A stretch of DNA of 64,000 nt. Origin: an uncultured Alphaproteobacteria bacterium. GTDB taxonomy: Bacteria; Pseudomonadota; Alphaproteobacteria; CAAHEQ01; UBA3637. Within the stretch, counting starts at the first letter, position 1; every line of letters begins with the position of its first letter. The translations under genes were made by a program, and so were the position numbers. This document shows positions 8,170 through 17,264 of the stretch, piece by piece. The stretch lies in the NCBI GenBank assembly GCA_944392785.1, contig CALXXW010000004.1, positions 247 to 64,246 of the forward strand, given 5' to 3'. The notes under the pieces were generated by a model that was not told the origin of the DNA, did not search any database, and saw nothing but the letters and a program-made list of their open reading frames with translations.

Positions 8170-9501
8170 ATGGAAGTAATTGATCGGGAAATACAACAAG
8201 AAATTGCAAAAGCTCAGGAACGTCTGAGACAAGAGGAAGAAGCCCGAAACGAGCGAGATCGGCGAGCGGCTCAGGAGGCCGGACTTCGGTATACACCACC
8301 GTCTACTCCGGAGGATAAGGCCAAAGAAGCCGAAAGTGAAAAACACGGGATGAAGCCGTTTCAACCCGTTGAACAACAAAGCGAAAAAGCAGCTTCTTCT
8401 GCCAATACATCCAAGAAAGAACCGACGGTTGCTCAAGCGGCTCCTGACAAGGGGGAGGCCTCCAAAGAAGACGGGTCTCTAGAAGGAAAGGGAAGTGCAG
8501 CGCTTGCTTCGGAGCAATCAGATGGGGTGACTCCGACAGTTGACAAGCAGGTGCCCGAAGGTCAGGAACCTACCTTAGAGAAGATTGAAGAGTACTTTGA
8601 AAAACACGGGATGAAGCCGTTTCAACCCGTTGAACAACAAAGCGAAAAAGCAGCTTCTTCTGCTAATACATCCAAGAAAGAACCGACGGTTGCTCAAGCG
8701 GCTCCTGACAAAGGGGAGGCCTCCAAAGAAGACGGGTCTCTCTTTGCATCTCTGCAGTATTTTGAATCCAAATATGATAAAGATTTTTGGAATGTTTTTG
8801 GAAAAACAACATTGGATTTATTTGATTCTTTAAGAAAAAGTCGTGATTTGGAAAGCATGGTTCAAGACTTTGTCTTTGCTGTTCTGGAGTGGCCGTTAAA
8901 ACTGGCGTTGGCCGCTACGGAATACAGTGAAGAAAAACAAAAAGTCTTGGCTGAAAGGCGTCAAAAAGCGAAAGAAGCATGGGATAATTCCGCCTTGAAA
9001 AAAGCCGGAACGGATGCGACACGTTTTGCTATTGATATCATGGTGCGTCTACATACGCGTATTGAGAAAAAGCATCCGACATTTTATCGCCATTTACCTA
9101 AAACAGCGGGTGAAAACGGCGTCGTTGATATTCGCCAATGTACATACAGACAGCGGCGGAAGTTTTATGACCTGTGTAAGGCTGAGGCTCTGAAAGATCC
9201 GGATATCATCCGCTTTATTTCGACAACATTGCAGCGTGAAATTACACGAGCTGATTTGGAAAAGACTCTGTCAGCTGGTGAAAATTTGAGCTTTGGATCG
9301 TTGCTTAATGTCAATGTTAAAGAGTTGCCAAAACGGAAAAAATCTCAGGAACAAGCTGAACAGGTTGAACATCGTTCCACGCACCATAAAAATAGATTTC
9401 AAGTGTTGAAAAAAGTTTACCACTTGTTGCAACACGCTCGTCACAAAGATCGTGTGCAACGTTCTGTGCCAACACAACAGCGGGACAATGTCCGCTCTTA
9501 A
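8170..9501 (+). CDS. Hypothetical coiled-coil / low-complexity protein with two identical 87-aa tandem repeat units and a C-terminal globular domain
   Basis: Start reassigned to the ATG at 8170 behind a GGAGG RBS (MEVIDREIQQE...). The repeat unit EKHGMKPFQPVEQQSEKAASSANTSKKEPTVAQAAPDKGEASKEDGSL occurs twice. There is no signal peptide. Confidence 0.5.
   Translation: MEVIDREIQQEIAKAQERLRQEEEARNERDRRAAQEAGLRYTPPSTPEDKAKEAESEKHGMKPFQPVEQQSEKAASSANTSKKEPTVAQAAPDKGEASKEDGSLEGKGSAALASEQSDGVTPTVDKQVPEGQEPTLEKIEEYFEKHGMKPFQPVEQQSEKAASSANTSKKEPTVAQAAPDKGEASKEDGSLFASLQYFESKYDKDFWNVFGKTTLDLFDSLRKSRDLESMVQDFVFAVLEWPLKLALAATEYSEEKQKVLAERRQKAKEAWDNSALKKAGTDATRFAIDIMVRLHTRIEKKHPTFYRHLPKTAGENGVVDIRQCTYRQRRKFYDLCKAEALKDPDIIRFISTTLQREITRADLEKTLSAGENLSFGSLLNVNVKELPKRKKSQEQAEQVEHRSTHHKNRFQVLKKVYHLLQHARHKDRVQRSVPTQQRDNVRS
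8338..8741 (+). repeat. Two copies of a ~143-bp direct repeat (8338-8480 and 8599-8741; 2 mismatches) spaced 261 bp apart, in frame inside the CDS
   Basis: Direct comparison of the two stretches. The differences are gcc/gct and gggg/aggg. The 261-bp period equals 87 codons. Confidence 0.85.
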
Positions 9502-9600
9502 AACCAGATCGTCGATTATCAACAGGCGGCTTTAAAAATTCACTCCTCTCCGTTTCAAAAACGGAGGGGGTGAGGTATCTCGGCCGATGCCGGCTTGGGA

Positions 9601-10839
9601 TTAGAAATAAAGCTTGGCGGTTAAAGATGAGACCGTGACAATAGACCGATTTTTATCTAAAGCCGGATTAATATAAATCTGCACATCCGGTGTAATCGTC
9701 ATGAAATCCGAAATACCAAAGGCCCAATATGCTTCGGCAATGCTTTCCCATTCACGTTCGGCCTTTAAATTCATTTTACTGACTTTGTTGGCCGCAAAAC
9801 CGATGCCAAGTTGATCCAAGGGATTGCGATTAAATGGATTATTATACATAACATCCAAGGCATAGGATTGATCCATACACATTCTGCTACCGGTTGCACC
9901 ATTGATTTTAGCAAATATCGTCCATTTTTTTCCAAAATCTTGTCGGAGATTAAGCATCCATCCTGTCGCGGGATGATTATAAGAAACCCCCAGAGGTTTG
10001 AGCTGTCCCCCATCTGTATAACGGTCTACATTCGGACTGTGCGATATCCATCCGGTAATAACCGTTCGCCCGAAATCAAACCATTTGGGACGATATTGTG
10101 CATAAATGAAGTTTGTCCAATGGCTTTTATCAATATCGTTAAAGGCAACGTTTTGAGGAAAATAATTTGTTGTGTCCTGTGCCCCGAAAATGATTGTTGT
10201 ATCCGGCCGGATATTCATGGTAATATAACCGCCCAAGCCTCCTGTCGGATAAGCTTTTGTCATATTCTTTGATAAGGAGAAGTTATTAAAGTGGTACATG
10301 GGTTTGGACAGATAGCTGACTTTTCCAAATGAGCCAATTAAAAACTGTCCAACCGAGACGGATAACCAGTTCATTTTTCCGGGAAGTTGATGAGTATATG
10401 TCAGTCGTTTGAAATATTCGCGTTTTTGAGCATCATCATTCATGGGGGTTATAATCCCAAGTCGTGTTTGCATGGCGGTCGCTTCCATATGCTCATAGTT
10501 GATATCTTCATACAAAAGTTGAATCGAGCCGCTACCCAAAGCCGCTGATTGAAACATGTCCCAGTTGGCTTCTACTTCATATTTGTCTCGAAAGACGGTG
10601 TTTTTGCCGTTGGGTGCACCGCGCTGCATTAAAAAACCGGCCCGCACGACATAGTCAAAACCATAACGGTCGTGTAGCTTTTTCTTAAAAGCCGTATAGA
10701 CCTGCGAGGCATCATCAACCGCTTGAAAAATGCTGTGTTTATCCGTCAGTTGCCCATCGGTTATATCTATATCGGCTGCCGCTGCATATAAAGGTAAACT
10801 CATCAGGGCAGCTGCCAATCCATAACGTAAATAGTTCAT
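9601..10839 (-). CDS. Outer-membrane beta-barrel protein, porin-like (possibly carbohydrate-selective/OprB-like)
   Basis: Signal peptide MNYLRYGLAAALMSLPLYAAAA, alternating amphipathic beta-strand-like sequence, and a C-terminal ...LTAKLYF with terminal Phe (OMP signature). Confidence 0.5.
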   Translation of the reverse strand: MNYLRYGLAAALMSLPLYAAAADIDITDGQLTDKHSIFQAVDDASQVYTAFKKKLHDRYGFDYVVRAGFLMQRGAPNGKNTVFRDKYEVEANWDMFQSAALGSGSIQLLYEDINYEHMEATAMQTRLGIITPMNDDAQKREYFKRLTYTHQLPGKMNWLSVSVGQFLIGSFGKVSYLSKPMYHFNNFSLSKNMTKAYPTGGLGGYITMNIRPDTTIIFGAQDTTNYFPQNVAFNDIDKSHWTNFIYAQYRPKWFDFGRTVITGWISHSPNVDRYTDGGQLKPLGVSYNHPATGWMLNLRQDFGKKWTIFAKINGATGSRMCMDQSYALDVMYNNPFNRNPLDQLGIGFAANKVSKMNLKAEREWESIAEAYWAFGISDFMTITPDVQIYINPALDKNRSIVTVSSLTAKLYF

Positions 10840-10856
10840 GACTATCGCTTCCTTGA

Positions 10857-12476
10857 TTAGTTGAGATTATATTGAGTCGGGCTCAATTCATACGGTTGAA
10901 AACGTTCTACACGATAAACCGTGTTGTTGAGCAGTCCGTCAGTTTCGGCTTCAAATACAACCTGTCCGTCTTTGACTTCAATAATTTTCGCGAAAGATTT
11001 TGCCGGTTGTTTCTCGGGATTCAAAGAGGCTTCTACGCTTGTGATTGTTTCATCTTTATCCGCCACGACATCTCCGAAATTCATAAGGTAATGTCCGTCC
11101 GCAAATTTGTCGACATCACCCAAATAGTGATTATATAGCTCGGGTCCACGTTTATACTCCCAGACAACAGATACAGTCATATCTTTATCATTGACCAAGA
11201 ATTCGACGCCGCGCGACCAACTGTTCGAAGGATTATAATCAGCAATGGGACCATTGGCTCCTTTGTCATAGATATCCCGATACAGCCCGTTGTCCAAAAC
11301 AGTAAAGCGATTTCCTCCTTGGGGTTTGGACGCATGTGCTCCATAGATATAGTCAAAGTCTTTGTCCGTTGGCTTTAAAAGCTTCTTTTCCAGTTCGGGC
11401 GTCACCCAGGGATTGTTCGGATTCGCCAAAATCCACTTAATCTCTTTTGTTTTACGATCGATTTTCATCAGAAAATTAAAAAAGCGTGCCGTCATAATGA
11501 TGCTGTCATCTTCCGGGTCGTAGTTGAGCGAGTTCAAATGCATTGCATCCATTTTAGCGCGCTTATAGTTGTCTTTATAAAGGTAGTGTTCCAGTGTGCG
11601 AGGAATACGTTCATTCTGCACACCCATAATTTCATCAATTTCAAAACGATCAACCACTTGATTATCAGGTGTTAATTCAACGACGCTGTCACAAATTGTA
11701 TCTTTGCCCGTTGCGTTAACAAGAGCTAAATAGTTGCCGTTCGGTAATTGGACAATATCATGTTGAATATCATCTTCGGCCTTTATTTTGTGACGAATAT
11801 TACCCATCAGGTCCAGTTCATATAAAGAGTGATAAGCAACAGTGTATTGAGGGTCATATTCTTCACTGCCCAACATGAGCGTCCCATTTTTCATCATGTG
11901 CAGAGGAGACATTTTGCCCATAATCGGATCTGTTAATACCCAACGGACATCTCCGTTTTTGTCAAAGGCAAAAGCAAAACTACCCGGATTGACAATCACA
12001 CCGGGCGTGACAAAGGTTAAGCCTTCTTTCATCTGATCCGTATCAGCCGTCAGTATGTTGGCATAATTTTTAAGAGGAATTTTTTCCGTTGTTATTTTTA
12101 ATTCTTTGACGTGCGTCTCTTCTCCCTCTTTAACGGTTAAAATAACGGTATTATCTCCCTCATAAAGGCCGTAGACGGGGATTTTGTGTTTTGTCGTGAC
12201 TTCCGGGAAATCATGCGCAATCGTTGTTTCTTTGTCTTTTCCGACAATGGTTATTCCGACCTGAGCGGGTTTGTCTGTTTCAAATGAAATCAGCGCCGTC
12301 AACGGAGAAATATGGTAGGGATTGACTAAAATCAGAGGCGCATCAAGAGAGTATTTTGTTTGTTGTATTTCGCTTAAAATATCTGCCGTCATTTGAGTCT
12401 GGTCACTCATATAATCCGCTTGAACCGGATGAGTTAATAATGTGCCACACATTAAAGCAAAAATCAGATGTTTCAT
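10857..12476 (-). CDS. Aryl-sulfate sulfotransferase (ASST)-family periplasmic protein
   Basis: 539 aa with a signal peptide. By recall it matches the ASST beta-propeller family (HSLYELD, HDIVQLPNGN, MHLNSLNYDPEDDSIIMTARFFN...). This rests on recalled family sequences only. Confidence 0.45.
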   Translation of the reverse strand: MKHLIFALMCGTLLTHPVQADYMSDQTQMTADILSEIQQTKYSLDAPLILVNPYHISPLTALISFETDKPAQVGITIVGKDKETTIAHDFPEVTTKHKIPVYGLYEGDNTVILTVKEGEETHVKELKITTEKIPLKNYANILTADTDQMKEGLTFVTPGVIVNPGSFAFAFDKNGDVRWVLTDPIMGKMSPLHMMKNGTLMLGSEEYDPQYTVAYHSLYELDLMGNIRHKIKAEDDIQHDIVQLPNGNYLALVNATGKDTICDSVVELTPDNQVVDRFEIDEIMGVQNERIPRTLEHYLYKDNYKRAKMDAMHLNSLNYDPEDDSIIMTARFFNFLMKIDRKTKEIKWILANPNNPWVTPELEKKLLKPTDKDFDYIYGAHASKPQGGNRFTVLDNGLYRDIYDKGANGPIADYNPSNSWSRGVEFLVNDKDMTVSVVWEYKRGPELYNHYLGDVDKFADGHYLMNFGDVVADKDETITSVEASLNPEKQPAKSFAKIIEVKDGQVVFEAETDGLLNNTVYRVERFQPYELSPTQYNLN

Positions 12477-12477
12477 G

Positions 12478-12942
12478 TTAGTCTCCTTGGATAAGTTGAT
12501 TTTGATATGTTAGTGTAAAAGAGTTTGTTTTTAAACTTTCAGGAATAACGAAAATCAACAGCCCCGTATGTGTTCCTAATTTAATCTTGAGGTGGGTGAA
12601 CGGCGTTTTTCCATAGTCAATTAAAAAGCCATCATCCTCCATTCGTGTGAAAGTTTGATTTCCCAAGTGCAGCTTTATTTTTTCGGCGTGAAAAAGCTCA
12701 GCATCGCTTTGTTTTCGTGAAACGGTTATCGGCAGCATATAGAAAACATATCCCGCCGGCGCTTGTTTCTGAATACGGTGCATCATCATGTCACCGGTGT
12801 AGGTTTCAACCTGTTCTTCAACCTCCAAAAGATGGGTTATTTCCGGTTTTTCCCAGCTGATGTCCCATCCGTTAACTTCATCGGCCAGGGCCGGAAGTCC
12901 GCATAAAAGAAAGGCTAACAAACATGTGCAAAAACGCTTCAT
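12478..12942 (-). CDS. Exported hypothetical protein, co-transcribed with the ASST-like gene
   Basis: Start set at the Met preceded by RBS GGGGAG (MKRFCTCLLAFLLCGLPALA signal peptide). There is a 1-nt gap to the downstream gene. Confidence 0.4.
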   Translation of the reverse strand: MKRFCTCLLAFLLCGLPALADEVNGWDISWEKPEITHLLEVEEQVETYTGDMMMHRIQKQAPAGYVFYMLPITVSRKQSDAELFHAEKIKLHLGNQTFTRMEDDGFLIDYGKTPFTHLKIKLGTHTGLLIFVIPESLKTNSFTLTYQNQLIQGD

Positions 12943-13010
12943 TTTTCTCCCCCTTTTCATCATGACCGCTACGAGTAAAGCACGGTGAGTATATTAAAGT
13001 CAATATCTTT

Positions 13011-13039
13011 TTGACAAAAGCGTAAAAAAAGTGTAAAAT
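13011..13039 (+). promoter_or_regulatory. Sigma70-like promoter (TTGACA, 17 nt, TAAAAT)
   Basis: TTGACA at 13011-13016 and TAAAAT at 13034-13039, upstream of the ATG at 13083, which has an AAGGGGAAA RBS. Confidence 0.5.
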
Positions 13040-13082
13040 GACGGCATGTTCACCATTCAAGTTATATAAGGGGAAAATAAAG

Positions 13083-14078
13083 ATGGGATTGTTGGCACAA
13101 TTTAAGCATGTTTTAACGCGCCGTGATACGATGGCGGGAGGGCGATTACTTGATTGGAAAGATGAATCCGTTTGGGAGAAGGGCATTGATAAAAATGGGC
13201 AAGCCTATAAAAGATTGTCTCTCAAGCGCGTTTCATCGGAAGATATTGCTCGTCTTGCTGCAGAGATAGCTTCATCCGGTGTTTTGGCAACGCCGCAACA
13301 AACGAAAACAGGCGTGGCTTTGTGTGTCGTTAATCCGGATAGTCTGGATTTATTGAACATGTATCTGAAAAAAGAACCGATCGTCCCTTATGGCGGTATA
13401 TTTCAATTTCAAAATTGGCAGGGAGATCAACATAGAATAACTCTGGAAGTCCCGTCGCGATATGCTTTAGTAGAAAATAATCGTCATGCTTTATTAAAAG
13501 AACTGATTCGCTCAGGTGTTCAAGGGTGTCGTCAAGAAACAGTCCCCGGTTATCGCTATCGCCAACGCTTGACCATCGAAGGAGCCGAAAACATTTCGAT
13601 CTTTAAAGAAGCCTGTGCGCTCTTTCAAAAAGCCTTTCAAATGCAAAAGGAGGAGTTGCTGGCTCGAGAAGCGGAAAAAAGGCGGCAAGAGGAACGGCTT
13701 GCCCGTGTGCGGGATGAGGCTATGATAGTCGCCGGTCTGCATTTGAAAGAGCCGCGCTTTTGGGAAGATATTGTTGTTCAAAGTCAGGATGGTAAGACGC
13801 GATCGGCTATGCGACTGCCTTTGTCAAACGCAGAGCAAGGATATCATTTCAAAGATTACTTGATAGCTATCGGAGTCCCGGAAGACAGCCTTCGCGTTTC
13901 AAAAGCCACCCGTACAACTGAAAAAGTGAAAGAGGGTGAGTGGGCGTTGCGTGTGTCGGGAAAAGAGGCTATTCATGCTTTAAAGCTCAACCTCTTCCAT
14001 GAGTGTATGCAGATTCCGTCACGCAAGAAAGCGCCATCACCTGTTTTAAAAATCGTTCGTTCTAAACGGACGCATTGA
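13083..14078 (+). CDS. Hypothetical protein (331 aa, no recognisable domain)
   Basis: ORF with RBS and promoter. The start was moved to the internal Met MGLLAQFK. It has a charged coiled-coil stretch (KEELLAREAEKRRQEERLARVRDEA). Confidence 0.4.
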   Translation: MGLLAQFKHVLTRRDTMAGGRLLDWKDESVWEKGIDKNGQAYKRLSLKRVSSEDIARLAAEIASSGVLATPQQTKTGVALCVVNPDSLDLLNMYLKKEPIVPYGGIFQFQNWQGDQHRITLEVPSRYALVENNRHALLKELIRSGVQGCRQETVPGYRYRQRLTIEGAENISIFKEACALFQKAFQMQKEELLAREAEKRRQEERLARVRDEAMIVAGLHLKEPRFWEDIVVQSQDGKTRSAMRLPLSNAEQGYHFKDYLIAIGVPEDSLRVSKATRTTEKVKEGEWALRVSGKEAIHALKLNLFHECMQIPSRKKAPSPVLKIVRSKRTH

Positions 14079-14082
14079 TGGG

Positions 14083-16932
14083 TTAGTATTTATAGGACAT
14101 TCCCAACATAACGCGCCAATCCGGTTGACGACGACGGATGCCATCCGGATGCAGGCGCATACCGGCCTCACTGCGAAGCAACCAGCGCTGCCCGATATCT
14201 GTTGTATAGTAGGTGTTAAATTGCCACTCTTGTGCCGTCGGTTTTAAGTCGATGTCTTGTTGGCTCAGTATAACGGTATCGGTTTCGTAATCACGTCCGA
14301 CTGGTAAAAGGGCCGTCAGTCGACCAGAGGTCGTTAAGGGCATAATCGCCTGGATACCTCCGAAACTTCGAGGGGTCATTTGATAGCGAAGATCCACAGC
14401 CAGCTGTTGACTTTTAAGGTCTTTAAATTGAAAAATATCTTGTTGCGTATCGGGTTTCGTCGAGCCATAAAAATAACTGCCGGTCAGAGTCAAACGAGGT
14501 GTTGTTTGCCACTGAAATGCCAGACCTATGAAATAGGTGTCGGCTCCCGGAGAGTGAAACGAGTCCTCTCCTTGAATACCCAACAGGCTATCTGCTTCGG
14601 ATAACAGGCCAACTGTCGAGGTTAAGGAAATGTTAGAAGTCGGTTGATAGCTTGTCTCGGCAGCAAAGGTATAGCTCTGTTGTTTTACTCTGTCTAAATA
14701 ATCATCTTCCGTCAAGGCAACCAGGCCGCTTCTTCCTATGGCTGTTTGAAAGCCAAAGCTGATTGAAGAAGTCATCTGATAAGTGTTATGAATTCCATAG
14801 GCATCTTTTAATGCCATGAACGGATTTTTAAGGCGATTCATATTGAAATCCGTATCAAAGAACTGAGTATCCTCGGTGTAAAAGGCACGTATTTTTAAAT
14901 GCTCGATTGGCTGTAATGTCATTTCCAATAATCCGGCGTTCCAGTCCGACACATAGGATGAAATAGGTGTTGAAAAGCGTAAGCTGAACGTATCTGAGGG
15001 CGTCAACTTTTGAATCGTGGGCTGGTTTGTAAAAGCCCGAAATGTTCGTTTAAATTGATAGAATGATGTATCGGTTGAGCGGACTAATTGACGTGTGTTC
15101 ATAAAGAATGAACGGTCATATTTATCCAATACCATTACCTCTGAGGGAAGGGCGGACAAAGCCTTTTCTCCCAGAGCTTTTGGCAAGGAAAGTGCCGCCT
15201 GATCCAGGGAAATCAGATGCGTATCGGGACTATCCGTTAGGGCTAATTTCAACACACCTTGGGGGCGTGTGGCTTCTTCTAAATTGACAAGCCCGTGTCC
15301 ATAAACACTATCCACCCCGATTTCTCCCAAATCCGTTGCCGTATCAAATAAAATTTGCACGGCATTTTGTGGTGTCAGATTTGGAAAAGCTCCTAACAAA
15401 ACCGCCAAGCTACCCGATACGGTCGGAGCGGCCATAGACGTTCCAAAAAGCCCGATATAACCATTGTCCTCACTGGTTGAAAAAATCGGGCTGCCGGATG
15501 TTCCTCCGGGAGCGGCAATACACCATTGTGCCGTTGTTCCGCATCGGTTGGAATAATCCGCTATTTGAAGGTTGCTGTCAACCGAGACCACGCTGACGAC
15601 CAGATTATCCAGTTGATAGCCTTTAAGCGCATTGGCCTCGGGTGCCGCTGCAAAAATAGAGGCGTCGTTCAAGCCGTCATTCCCGGCCGCAAAAACTAAA
15701 ATAGTGTTGGTTTCGGCGGCCTTCTTGAAAAAATTAAGCCCCTCTGAACCAATATAGTACTCAAACCCAGTGACGTTATCAATTATTTGATTGGCGCTTG
15801 CTGCGGTAATGTCACTGAATCCCAGACTGATGTTGATTATATCCGGATTCATATCGAATAACTGAAGAGTCGCCTCTGAAAAAGTATCCCATAAATCGGC
15901 CCGTCCGATAATCAGACCGGCTTCGGGAGCGACACCTTCCATTCCCGTATCATTCCTTAAGGCCGCAATCAAGCCGGCGACATGTGTTCCGTGGATATTA
16001 TCCGAAGCCAGATAACCACTGGGGGTCCAATCATCTTGTTGCGCATCCCAGTCATACCAGCTGGCATAGCTGTAATAATAGCTTTCCCAATCGGCTTTAT
16101 TAATTGAACCGATGAGCTGTTTTTGGCCGTCTTTATAAAGGTATAAAAGGCCATTTTCATAATTATAGCAATTTGTGCGGTCTCCGTCCACGCGGCAAGG
16201 GCCATAATCAAAATTGTATCCGCCGATAATGTTGTCATCTAAGTCTGTGTGGTGATATACGCCCGTATCCAAAACAGCGACACGGACACCCTGGCCGCTG
16301 TATCCTCGTGCAAAAGCCTCAGCGGCTTTTATCGCAGTTAAAGCGCGGCTATAGCGGTATTCGGCTGTGTTAAATGCCTCGGCATCCGGACTGGGGGCGG
16401 GATCCGGGTTATCAGAAGGCGAGGATGTATCATTTCCGGCAGATGAATCACTGCCTCCGCCACCACCGGCTGCTAAAGCCACAACTCCAACAGCGCCGGC
16501 AACGCCGACTCCTCCCCACAACAGCGTGTTATCGGATAGAGCGGTCCTACTCGAAGGATGGACTTCTTTGGTATAACGGTTCGTTCCGATATAATAGGTG
16601 TTCCTATCCGGTTGGTTTTTGTAAAAAGCCTCTTGTTCCTGATAGCTCAAGCGCGAGCGACATAAGGCCTCAGAGCGAGCTCCTTGAGATTTTAATAGTT
16701 CAAACCCTTGATAATCTTTTAACCGCATGGCATGACATAGCGGTGTTAAACCATTGCGATCCAGAGCATCGATATGTCCGCCGCTTGCCGTAAAGCGTTT
16801 AAGCGCTTGTAAGTCGCGCTGTTGCATTAAAGACATGACGTATGAAAAAGAACTGACAGGTCCTTGCGCCATAGCAAGAATTGGGTAGATGACCAGGCAA
16901 CCGCCCAAAAGTATTCTTAGTGAGAGTTTCAT
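14083..16932 (-). CDS. Subtilisin-family (S8) serine protease with C-terminal autotransporter-like beta-barrel
   Basis: Signal peptide, then the catalytic triad motifs VAVLDTGV (Asp), HGTHVAGLIAA (His) and GTSMAAPTVSGS (Ser). A ~300-aa C-terminal region rich in alternating aromatic and Gly/Ser/Thr residues is consistent with a translocator barrel. Confidence 0.65.
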   Translation of the reverse strand: MKLSLRILLGGCLVIYPILAMAQGPVSSFSYVMSLMQQRDLQALKRFTASGGHIDALDRNGLTPLCHAMRLKDYQGFELLKSQGARSEALCRSRLSYQEQEAFYKNQPDRNTYYIGTNRYTKEVHPSSRTALSDNTLLWGGVGVAGAVGVVALAAGGGGGSDSSAGNDTSSPSDNPDPAPSPDAEAFNTAEYRYSRALTAIKAAEAFARGYSGQGVRVAVLDTGVYHHTDLDDNIIGGYNFDYGPCRVDGDRTNCYNYENGLLYLYKDGQKQLIGSINKADWESYYYSYASWYDWDAQQDDWTPSGYLASDNIHGTHVAGLIAALRNDTGMEGVAPEAGLIIGRADLWDTFSEATLQLFDMNPDIINISLGFSDITAASANQIIDNVTGFEYYIGSEGLNFFKKAAETNTILVFAAGNDGLNDASIFAAAPEANALKGYQLDNLVVSVVSVDSNLQIADYSNRCGTTAQWCIAAPGGTSGSPIFSTSEDNGYIGLFGTSMAAPTVSGSLAVLLGAFPNLTPQNAVQILFDTATDLGEIGVDSVYGHGLVNLEEATRPQGVLKLALTDSPDTHLISLDQAALSLPKALGEKALSALPSEVMVLDKYDRSFFMNTRQLVRSTDTSFYQFKRTFRAFTNQPTIQKLTPSDTFSLRFSTPISSYVSDWNAGLLEMTLQPIEHLKIRAFYTEDTQFFDTDFNMNRLKNPFMALKDAYGIHNTYQMTSSISFGFQTAIGRSGLVALTEDDYLDRVKQQSYTFAAETSYQPTSNISLTSTVGLLSEADSLLGIQGEDSFHSPGADTYFIGLAFQWQTTPRLTLTGSYFYGSTKPDTQQDIFQFKDLKSQQLAVDLRYQMTPRSFGGIQAIMPLTTSGRLTALLPVGRDYETDTVILSQQDIDLKPTAQEWQFNTYYTTDIGQRWLLRSEAGMRLHPDGIRRRQPDWRVMLGMSYKY

Positions 16933-17199
16933 GTGTGTTTCCCGTTTTTCCTATTATTATACATGACATTTTAGGAAACGTAAACATTTTATTTGATAAG
17001 GGCACATTTTTATTCAATATCAAAGAAAGGAGTGCTGAGTAAAAAAAAGATAAATGATTGTCTAACATTATGAAAAGTATTAAAAATATCTCAAATAATC
17101 ATCCGCTTTTGTCCGAAGAAAGGAGAAGTCGGGGCAGGTGAATTAAAGACGACATGTTTTTTGAAATCAAAAATCTCATAAATCTGTTGAAATATCTTC

Positions 17200-17228
17200 T
17201 TGATTTTGGCGGAAAAGATTGATATACT
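17200..17228 (+). promoter_or_regulatory. Sigma70-like promoter for ileS (TTGATT, 17 nt, TATACT)
   Basis: -35 TTGATT at 17200-17205 and -10 TATACT at 17223-17228. It is followed by the hairpin CCCTCT...AGAGGG (17229-17259), which overlaps the GAGGG RBS. Confidence 0.5.
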
Positions 17229-17264
17229 CCCTCTCATTGTATTTTGAAGTATAGAGGGCTTTTT

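Noticed and set aside
8338-8741. Two near-identical 143-bp direct repeats that could suggest a CRISPR-like or minisatellite array
   Set aside because: Only two copies, 143 bp long, in frame within a protein-coding gene, and separated by coding sequence of the same ORF. This is an intragenic duplication, not a CRISPR array.
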